Below, one piece after another: positions 1-5,999 of a stretch of DNA of 24,000 bases. The notes beneath the pieces are model-generated. The model saw only the letters and a list, made by a program, of their open reading frames with translations. It had not been told where the DNA came from and did not search any database. A program made the position numbers and the translations under genes. The DNA is from Thiohalobacter sp. IOR34. Its GTDB lineage: Bacteria > Pseudomonadota > Gammaproteobacteria > Thiohalobacterales > Thiohalobacteraceae. The stretch spans positions 383,438 through 407,437 of the forward strand of contig NZ_CP128988.1 in assembly GCF_030406045.1 (NCBI RefSeq). Reading direction: 5' to 3'. Numbering within the stretch: position 1 is the first letter of the stretch; each line of letters begins with the position of its first letter.

Positions 1-28
1 GCCTGGTGAAAAAATTTCCCGGAGGGTG

Positions 29-57
29 TTGACAAGCAAAGCGTAATATTAGACAAT
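29..57 (+). promoter_or_regulatory. Candidate sigma70-type promoter upstream of the rplM leader
   Basis: TTGACA at 29-34, a 17-bp spacer, then GACAAT at 52-57. An A/T tract (aaaaaattt, 9-17) lies just upstream, in an UP-element-like position. Sequence pattern only. Confidence 0.45.
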
Positions 58-63
58 GCTTAC

Positions 64-167
64 ATACTGAATTGTCGGATCCCCCCTCGATATACCGGCA
101 GTTCAGTACTCCTCCATCCTCCTTTGGTGGTTATTAGCGCGGCGCCCTCTTGCCGCGCTTTTTTTTT
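64..167 (+). ncRNA. Candidate ~100-nt structured leader RNA or small RNA (5' hairpin, CU-rich tract, intrinsic terminator) preceding rplM
   Basis: The predicted TSS (~64) follows the 29-57 promoter. A 14-bp hairpin spans 65-108: arms TACTGAATTGTCGG / CCGGCAGTTCAGTA with two G-U pairs and a 16-nt loop. A CU-rich stretch CTCCTCCATCCTCCTTT lies at ~109-125. A terminator hairpin sits at 137-167. No ORF is supported in this stretch. Confidence 0.3.
137..167 (+). terminator. Rho-independent terminator-like hairpin inside the rplM upstream region (possible attenuator)
   Basis: Stem GCGCGGC (137-143) / GCCGCGC (152-158) with an 8-nt loop, followed directly by nine T (159-167). It lies between the candidate promoter and the rplM ATG at 268. 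Confidence 0.6.
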
Positions 168-267
168 GCCCGCGATCCGGGGCGGTGGATTCTGGTGCTT
201 GTATCTTCAATCCGCTTTATGTACCATTCCGCCTCTTTCTAACGATGGTCTGTGGAGCAAGTCTCGA

Positions 268-696
268 ATGAAGACGTTTAGTGCCAAGCCGGAAACGGTC
301 AAGCGTGACTGGTACGTCATTGATGCAACGGGAAAGCATCTGGGTCGCCTGGCCACCGAAGTGGCGCGTCGCCTGCGTGGCAAGCACAAGCCGGAATACA
401 CGCCGCACGTCGATACCGGTGACTACATCATCGTCGTCAATGCGGAGAAGGTCGCCGTGACCGGCCGCAAGGAAAGCGACAAGATGTACTATCATCACAC
501 CGGTTACATCGGCAACATGAAGTCCATCAGCCTGGGCAAGCTGCGCGAGAAGGCGCCGGAGCGGATCATCGAGACTGCCGTCAAGGGCATGCTGCCGAAG
601 AACACCCTGGGCCGCGCCATGTACCGCAAGCTGAAGGTCTATGCCGGGCCCGAGCATCAGCATGCCGCGCAGCAGCCGCAGACGCTGGATATCTAA
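268..696 (+). CDS. rplM: 50S ribosomal protein L13
   Basis: 142 aa starting [47 protein letters not shown], full-length L13 similarity. The track ORF starts at 124, but its first 48 aa are a non-homologous extension. The ATG at 268 gives the canonical length. Confidence 0.97.
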   Translation: MKTFSAKPETVKRDWYVIDATGKHLGRLATEVARRLRGKHKPEYTPHVDTGDYIIVVNAEKVAVTGRKESDKMYYHHTGYIGNMKSISLGKLREKAPERIIETAVKGMLPKNTLGRAMYRKLKVYAGPEHQHAAQQPQTLDI

Positions 697-722
697 CCTA
701 ATATATAGCTACTGGAATCGCC

Positions 723-1115
723 ATGTCGCAGGATCAGATCTACGCAACCGGCCGCCGCAAGACCTCGACGGCCCGTGTCTTTCTCCGCAAGGGCAGCGGT
801 AACATCGTCGTCAACTCGCGCCCGCTGGACGAGTACTTCGGCCGCGAGACGGCACGCATGGTGGTGCGTCAGCCGCTCGATACCACCGAGCTGAACGACC
901 AGTTCGATTTCTACGTCACCGTCTCCGGTGGCGGGATGACCGGCCAGGCCGGTGCCATCCGTCACGGCATCACCCGCGCCCTGATCAAGCACGACGAGAC
1001 GCTGCGCGCTCCGCTGCGCAAGGCCGGTTTCGTGACCCGCGACGCACGTCAGGTCGAGCGCAAGAAGGTTGGTCTGCGCAAGGCACGCCGCGCCACCCAG
1101 TTCAGCAAGCGCTGA
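723..1115 (+). CDS. rpsI: 30S ribosomal protein S9
   Basis: 130 aa with [14 protein letters not shown] and the C-terminal [12 protein letters not shown], typical of S9. Canonical rplM-rpsI pairing with a 26-bp gap. Confidence 0.97.
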   Translation: MSQDQIYATGRRKTSTARVFLRKGSGNIVVNSRPLDEYFGRETARMVVRQPLDTTELNDQFDFYVTVSGGGMTGQAGAIRHGITRALIKHDETLRAPLRKAGFVTRDARQVERKKVGLRKARRATQFSKR

Positions 1116-1143
1116 TCCGGGAGCGGTTGCCCGATCGTTTCAT

Positions 1144-1217
1144 TGGGGGATCGTCTAGCGGCAGGACTACGGACTCTGACTCCGTCAACCTAGGTTCGAA
1201 TCCTAGTCCCCCAGCCA
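1144..1217 (+). tRNA. tRNA-Gln (anticodon CUG), CCA encoded
   Basis: Manual cloverleaf. Acceptor TGGGGGA / TCCCCCA, D-arm GTCT-AGCGGCA-GGAC, anticodon stem ACGGA / TCCGT with loop CTCTGAC (anticodon CTG). T-arm CTAGG-TTCGAAT-CCTAG, discriminator G, then CCA. The ends resemble E. coli tRNA-Gln (UGGGG...CCCCAGCCA). Confidence 0.92.
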
Positions 1218-1259
1218 ATAAAAAACCCCGCCCTCGTGGCGGGGTTTTTTATTGGCTGG
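1212..1259 (+). terminator. Strong (potentially bidirectional) intrinsic terminator after tRNA-Gln
   Basis: Core stem CCCCGCC (1226-1232) / GGCGGGG (1238-1244) with loop CTCGT, an A6 run before and a T6 run (1245-1250) after. The palindrome extends perfectly to CCAGCCAATAAAAAA...TTTTTTATTGGCTGG. Its left arm overlaps the tRNA 3' end and CCA. Confidence 0.85.
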
Positions 1260-1272
1260 GGGTCGATGGGTG

Positions 1273-1335
1273 AGAAGCTAGAAGCTAGAAGCTAGAAGCT
1301 AGAAGCTAGAAGCTAGAAGCTAGAAGCTAGAAGCT
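1273..1335. repeat. Tandem heptamer array (AGAAGCT) x9
   Basis: Nine perfect head-to-tail copies counted directly. Each junction creates a CTAG site. Confidence 0.98.
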
Positions 1336-1383
1336 AGAGTAGGAGCGGCCTCCAGGCCGCGATGCGGCGCAAAACGTTGCTAT
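1336..1383. repeat. Conserved core module shared with 17726-17774 (GC hairpin plus TGnTATAGAAT)
   Basis: GTAGGAGCGGCCTCCAGGCCGCGATGCGG is identical (29 nt) at 1339-1367 and 17731-17759. The following segment is near-identical: CGCAAAACGTTGCTATAGAATCC versus GCAAAACGCTGCTATAGAATCC. Hairpin GCGGCC-TCCA-GGCCGC at 1345-1360. Confidence 0.95.
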
Positions 1384-1488
<105 letters not shown>

Positions 1489-1629
1489 CCTGGGTTTGTA
1501 TTGCTGCGGGCCATGTCCGCCCTGCTTCTTGTTTTGGCTGGGTTGGCGGCGGAAATTGGTGGCTGGCAGTGGTTCCTGCCCATCCGGTGTTGCGTTTTTT
1601 ACTTGGATTCCTGGGGGTTGCGTGGGAGA

Positions 1630-1658
1630 TTGCCTGGCGCCGCGAGGCCTGTTAAGAT
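1630..1658 (+). promoter_or_regulatory. Weak candidate promoter for the downstream secreted-protein gene
   Basis: TTGCCT (1630-1635), 17 bp, TAAGAT (1653-1658). Each hexamer matches consensus at 4/6. Pattern only. Confidence 0.25.
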
Positions 1659-1738
1659 GGGGCAACGCGGTTGGGAAGAATCTAAAATGAAGCCGCCGCG
1701 GCGAATAATTAAAGAACGGCAGAACGGAGGAGTTCATC

Positions 1739-2554
1739 ATGGTCGATACCCTGTCGCGGCGTCTCGCCGCTCTGGCTGCCCTTGCGGCTGTCGCCGGTTT
1801 CTCGCTGCAGGCGCAGGCCGCCTCGGTGTATGCCGTCTCCCTGAACGAGATCACGAATTTCTCGATGTCCGTCGATTCCGGCAGCGTGTCGTTCTCGAGC
1901 TTCACCTTTTCCAACGACAGCGCTTCGATGAGCAGCCTGGGCACGGCCAGCAGCGATCCGCTCGATGCCCCGGCGGCCTGCATCGGCGCCCCATGCGCGG
2001 GCTATGACAACGACTTCGTGGTGCATGGCGCGGTCGGCGGCGACTACACCTACGCGGATGCGCAGATCATCAATACCGATGTGCTCAACGGCAACGGCGC
2101 GGCATCGGCCATCGCCGAGAGCCATGTCAGCTCGGGTACAGGCTTCGCCCAGGCCTCGAACACCCTGATCTCCACCGCGTTCTCCGTCGGCAGCGGCGGC
2201 GCCACCGTCAGCTTCTCCTTCGACGCGGCGCCCTACCTGCAGACCCTGGTGTCCGGTGGCAGCGCCGCCTCGAATCTCAGCCTGAGCATCTTTCTCACCA
2301 AGTACGGTGACAGCGCGCCGAGCTATGCCGCCACGCCGTTCAGCATAGGCATCGCCTCCAACGAGGAATACAATCCCGCGACGCCGATCACGGTCAGCGA
2401 CAGCGCGGCGCTCGCGGCCGGCGATTACGCGCTCAACATCACCATGAGCCAGATGGTCAATGTCTCGGCCGTGCCGGTTCCCGCCGCCGTCTGGTTGTTC
2501 GCGTCCGGTCTGGTGGGTCTGGTGGGAGTGGCGCGCCGCCGCGTCCGCGGCTGA
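1739..2554 (+). CDS. Secreted protein with a VPLPA/PEP-CTERM-type C-terminal sorting signal (putative exosortase substrate)
   Basis: 271 aa. GGAGGAG RBS 6 nt upstream of the ATG. N-terminal signal peptide ...AAVAGFSLQAQA/AS. Ser/Ala/Gly-rich body. C-terminus VPVPAAVWLFASGLVGLVGVARRRVRG = motif + TM helix + Arg cluster, the PEP-CTERM-family layout (VPLPA variant, from memory). Confidence 0.8.
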   Translation: MVDTLSRRLAALAALAAVAGFSLQAQAASVYAVSLNEITNFSMSVDSGSVSFSSFTFSNDSASMSSLGTASSDPLDAPAACIGAPCAGYDNDFVVHGAVGGDYTYADAQIINTDVLNGNGAASAIAESHVSSGTGFAQASNTLISTAFSVGSGGATVSFSFDAAPYLQTLVSGGSAASNLSLSIFLTKYGDSAPSYAATPFSIGIASNEEYNPATPITVSDSAALAAGDYALNITMSQMVNVSAVPVPAAVWLFASGLVGLVGVARRRVRG

Positions 2555-2577
2555 GCGTTCCTGCGATCCGTACCCGA

Positions 2578-2608
2578 ACGACGGCGGCTTCGGCCGCCGT
2601 CGTCGTTT
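2578..2608 (+). terminator. Possible intrinsic terminator after the CTERM-sorting protein gene
   Basis: Stem ACGACGGCGGC (2578-2588) / GCCGCCGTCGT (2593-2603) with a TTCG tetraloop. The trailing T run is short (CGTTTGG), so efficiency is uncertain. Confidence 0.45.
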
Positions 2609-2979
2609 GGCGGCGGGGCGAGCCCCCATCAGCCTGCCGTGGCTTGCTTGGGCGACCGCTCCCATCTGCGCCCGCGGTGGCGGGTCGACGCCGCGATTCG
2701 GCGGCATGTATGAGCGGCGCAACGGACGGCAACCGATGCCGTCGGAATCATGGCGGATTTGATGTGCCAATAGATTATTTTTATCTGTAAATCCTCAATA
2801 TTTTGCAGGGGTTGCCGAAGCAGGGCGGACATGGCACAGCATGTTGTGTTGTGCATAAGCAACACAAAATGACCCTTGTGGTTTTTTTGAGAAAAAGTGT
2901 TGCATCAGGGTTGAAGCTGGAGTACGGTAGCTCCGGTTCTGAAAAACCAGACCTTTCTATTTGGATAAGGGGAAACACA

Positions 2980-4038
2980 ATGGACAAGAAGATTCTTTCT
3001 GCAGCCGTCGCCGGCGTACTGGCCGGTTCCATGGCCTTTGCCGCCAATGCCGATGTCACCGTGTTCGGCAAGCTGAACATGAGCATCGATTCTGTCGACG
3101 TCGACGGTGGTTCCGACGACATCAACATGAACTGCACCACCTGCTCCGTGGGCTTCAAGGGCTCCGAGGACCTGGGCAACGGTCTGAAGGCCGTGTTCCT
3201 GATCGACTTCCAGTATGATGGCAGCGAGCGCAACGCTAATGGCGCGCTTACCGATCGTGACCAGTGGGTCGGCCTGGCCGGCGAGGGCTGGGGTTCCGTC
3301 AAGTTCGGCACCATCAGCACCGGTTACAAGAGCACCGGCGCCATGATCGATCCGCTGTACCGCACCTCCGCACAGGCTCGTGGCCTGGGCTTCCAGTCTT
3401 CCCTGCATCTGGGCGCTGGCGAGAACGGCCAGGGCCGCATGACCAACCACGTCCGCTATGACTCCCCGAGCATGAGTGGCTTCAAGGTCATCGTCGACTA
3501 CAGCTTCGACTCCGAAGACGTGACCACCCGTGACGACGACGCCTGGGGTCTGACCGGCGTGTACAAGAATGGCCCGATCCTCGGTTTCGTGTCCTACCTG
3601 ACCAACGACCATGGTGGCGAGGATGACGCCTGGAAGATCGGCGGCAGCTACCAGATCAACGACGAGGCCAAGGTCTTCGCTCAGTACGAGAACGACGGCG
3701 GCCTGATCTCCAGCACCACTGAGCTGGCTGCTGGCGCTGCCTCCAACACCACCAAGGATGCTGACGTCTGGCACATCGGTGCCACCTACACCATGGGCAG
3801 CAACATGCTGTATGCCGCTTATGGTCAGGGTGACGACAACAACACCTCCGGCGCCACCAACACGGCCGAGTACGATACCTGGACCATTGCCGTTGCGCAC
3901 ATGTTCAGCAAGCGTACCTTCGTCTACGGTGGTTACAACAACATCGATTGTGACGGCACCACCGGTAACGTCTGCGGCAGCCGTACCCGCGCAGGCGAGC
4001 AGGATGTCATCACCATCGGTCTGCAGCACAACTTCTGA
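2980..4038 (+). CDS. Outer-membrane general porin (Gram-negative porin family)
   Basis: 352 aa from the ATG at 2980, with an AAGGGGA RBS. Signal peptide MDKKILSAAVAGVLAGSMAFA/ANA. Alternating beta-strand pattern, Gly/Asp/Asn-rich loops, and a C-terminal ...ITIGLQHNF ending in Phe, typical of beta-barrel OMPs. The track ORF start at 2803 is an unsupported extension. Confidence 0.88.
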   Translation: MDKKILSAAVAGVLAGSMAFAANADVTVFGKLNMSIDSVDVDGGSDDINMNCTTCSVGFKGSEDLGNGLKAVFLIDFQYDGSERNANGALTDRDQWVGLAGEGWGSVKFGTISTGYKSTGAMIDPLYRTSAQARGLGFQSSLHLGAGENGQGRMTNHVRYDSPSMSGFKVIVDYSFDSEDVTTRDDDAWGLTGVYKNGPILGFVSYLTNDHGGEDDAWKIGGSYQINDEAKVFAQYENDGGLISSTTELAAGAASNTTKDADVWHIGATYTMGSNMLYAAYGQGDDNNTSGATNTAEYDTWTIAVAHMFSKRTFVYGGYNNIDCDGTTGNVCGSRTRAGEQDVITIGLQHNF

Positions 4039-4065
4039 TCTCGACTCGCTTCGAGTATGAAGTGG

Positions 4066-4094
4066 AACGGGGCCTTCGGGCCCCGTTTTCTTTT
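4066..4094 (+). terminator. Intrinsic terminator after the porin gene
   Basis: AACGGGGCC (4066-4074), TTCG loop, GGCCCCGTT (4079-4087), followed by TTCTTTT. Confidence 0.78.
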
Positions 4095-4154
4095 GGTTCA
4101 TCGTGGATCTCCGGGGAAGGCGGCGCGGATTTTCGGGAAGAAGTGCCCGGTATC

Positions 4155-4408
4155 CCGGAAGCATACCTGTAGCTAGGGTTCAAGGGCGATCGGCCAGGAT
4201 GCGCAGCCAGATGCGTCCTGACAAAATCGCCGGGAGCGATTTTGAACAGCCGCAAGGCTGGCCCGAAGGGCGGAGGGCAGGATGCCCGGAGTCAATCGAA
4301 TAGGCGCAAAGCGTACCCCGCCACGAGGGCCTATTTGCGAGCCTCCTGGCCTTGTATACCAGCCTGCACTCCGATCATGCGGGCCGCCTTGGTGCAATAT
4401 GCGGGCTA
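4155..4408. repeat. Degenerate, one-ended copy of the 251-bp dispersed element at 21999-22249, in inverted orientation relative to it
   Basis: GTGCAATATGCGGGCTA at 4392-4408 equals the terminal repeat of the other copy. Hand alignment of the reverse complement shows blocks shared with 21999-22190: TAGCCCGCATATTGCAC, GCCTATTCGA, GATCG/CCCTTGAACC, ATGCTTC. This copy carries a ~70-nt insertion and has no second terminal repeat. Confidence 0.7.
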
Positions 4409-4443
4409 GAGACTTGAACTCGTCCTTGAGTACATGGACCGGC

Positions 4444-5616
4444 TCAGGTCTGGTAGTCGATGCTGATCCGGTTTCCGGCGACGGGACGGAAACGCTGGTT
4501 GGCGAAGGCGACGTGCGCCGGGTGTTCCCGGTAACTGTCGATGACCCGCGGGTGGCAGAAGCGCACCAGCCAGGTGTAGCGGTAGCTCGCGTCCGTCTGC
4601 ACCGCTTCCCCGGTGATCACTTCGCGCACGCCCGGAATGGCGGACAGCACCCGGCGGCCTTCTTCCATCATCGCCTGCACGTCCACCATGTCCGGCTTGT
4701 CCACGTTGTAGATGATCAGGTGTTCCACCGGCGTCCACGCGCGGCAGCGGGCCAGCACTTCCGCCGCCCGGCCCGCGGCGCCCCACAGGCGCATGCAGCG
4801 TTCCACTTCCTCTGCGATCGCCTCCCGCACCCCGTTCACCGCGCCGGGCCAGGAGCCCTTCTTTTGCCGGGCGAGATTCTGCCGGAGCCGGTTCGCCGCG
4901 GCGTCGGCCAGTGCGGAATAGCAGTTGATCTTGGTGATGCCGTTGGCAATCAGCCGCCGGTACTGGTCGTCGGACAGGCCGGAACCGCCGTGAATGACCA
5001 GCGGAACGTCCAGCGCATCCCGGATCTGCTTGAGCCGGGCATAGTCCAGCCGCGGCTTGCCCTTCATCCTTCCATGCACGGTACCGATGGAGACGGCGAG
5101 GAAATCGATCCCGGTGCGTTCCACGTAGGCCTTCGCTTCCGCCAGCGAGGTATGGGACAGTTCTCCGGGAAAGGTTTCCGCTCCTTCCCCCTCGACGCCG
5201 GGAACGTAGCCCAGTTCCCCTTCCACGGCCACGCCGCAGGCGTGCGCGGTCTCCACCACTTCCCGGGTTCTGCGGGTGTTCTCGGAGAAGTCCAGGTGCG
5301 AGAGATCCACCAGCACCCCGTTGCAGCCGCGGTTGATCCCCCGGATTGCGGACTCGACACTCGTGCCGTGATCGAAATGAATCGCCACCGGCACCTGCGC
5401 GCGCATGGCGGCCTCCTCGACCGCGGGCATCAGCAGATCGAAATCGAAATACGGGAAATGCGTCTCCGCCAGGCTCAGGATCAGCGGCGCCCTCGCCCGC
5501 TCCGCAGCCTGTACGATGCCTTCCAGAAAATCCAGGCTCACCACCTCGAAGGCACCCACGGCATAGCCGTGTTCCCGGGCGTGTCCGAGCATGTCTTTCA
5601 TGTCAACGATCGGCAT
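4444..5616 (-). CDS. Class II fructose/ketose-bisphosphate aldolase fused to a C-terminal Dabb (stress-responsive alpha/beta-barrel) domain
   Basis: 390 aa with an AAGGA RBS. Residues 1-~285 are FbaA/GatY-like: MPIVDMKDMLGHAREHGYAVGAFEV, HFDHG, GTVHG, VIHGGSG. Residues ~297-390 are VEHLIIYNV...AIPGV...YREHPAHVAF...ISIDYQ, which matches the Dabb domain pattern. Last gene of the cbb operon. Confidence 0.9.
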   Translation of the reverse strand: MPIVDMKDMLGHAREHGYAVGAFEVVSLDFLEGIVQAAERARAPLILSLAETHFPYFDFDLLMPAVEEAAMRAQVPVAIHFDHGTSVESAIRGINRGCNGVLVDLSHLDFSENTRRTREVVETAHACGVAVEGELGYVPGVEGEGAETFPGELSHTSLAEAKAYVERTGIDFLAVSIGTVHGRMKGKPRLDYARLKQIRDALDVPLVIHGGSGLSDDQYRRLIANGITKINCYSALADAAANRLRQNLARQKKGSWPGAVNGVREAIAEEVERCMRLWGAAGRAAEVLARCRAWTPVEHLIIYNVDKPDMVDVQAMMEEGRRVLSAIPGVREVITGEAVQTDASYRYTWLVRFCHPRVIDSYREHPAHVAFANQRFRPVAGNRISIDYQT

Positions 5617-5642
5617 GGTTCCTTACCCTTTTACAACAGACA

Positions 5643-5996
5643 TCAGCCAAGCCGGGCTTCCAGTTCGTCCCGAATCATGGCCAGCATCCTTTCCCGCAGG
5701 CTGCTGGCCATGTAATGATAGTAATTCAGGGTACAGCCCACCGGCGTGTGCAGGCTGCTTCGCCCCGCATCCTCGAAATCCGTCCAGGCCAGCAGCGGCA
5801 GATCGTACTGGTTCTGATCCACCACCACCCAGTCGTCCTCCTCGACGATCAGTACGATCTGGCTGCGCCCCGGATATGCGACGCGCAGCGGAAGCAGCCT
5901 GTGCAGGCGCGCCCGCCGCCACAGGTTGTAGAGCGTGGCATCCACTTCCTCCCTGCGCGTCGCGTAGACCGGCATGTCTCCGATGCGCGTGCCCAT
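5643..5996 (-). CDS. Hypothetical protein (117 aa) between cbbO and the aldolase gene
   Basis: The ATG lies 3 nt after the cbbO stop, and the aldolase gene follows 26 nt downstream. Codon usage (GC3-rich) matches neighbouring genes. I recognise no domain. The alternative-frame ORFs here are Arg/Pro/Ala junk. Confidence 0.6.
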   Translation of the reverse strand: MGTRIGDMPVYATRREEVDATLYNLWRRARLHRLLPLRVAYPGRSQIVLIVEEDDWVVVDQNQYDLPLLAWTDFEDAGRSSLHTPVGCTLNYYHYMASSLRERMLAMIRDELEARLG

Positions 5997-5999
5997 GCG

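Noticed and set aside
124-267. N-terminal extensions suggested by the ORF track (rplM from 124, porin from 2803, orf103 from 9655, cbbL from 11578, rpiA from 17672, EVE from 23449)
   Set aside because: Homologous protein lengths and RBS positions support the internal starts at 268, 2980, 9586, 11497, 17654 and 22768. The extensions have atypical composition.
1496-1690. 64-aa Cys-rich ORF downstream of the repeat block
   Set aside because: It has a non-ATG start, no RBS and overlapping alternative frames of similar length, and I recognise no family.
1709-5715. Long ORFs at 1709-2770(-), 2905-4164(-) and 4282-5715(+)
   Set aside because: They mirror the CTERM-sorting protein, porin and aldolase genes. 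They are low-complexity, lack RBSs and are judged to be shadow ORFs.
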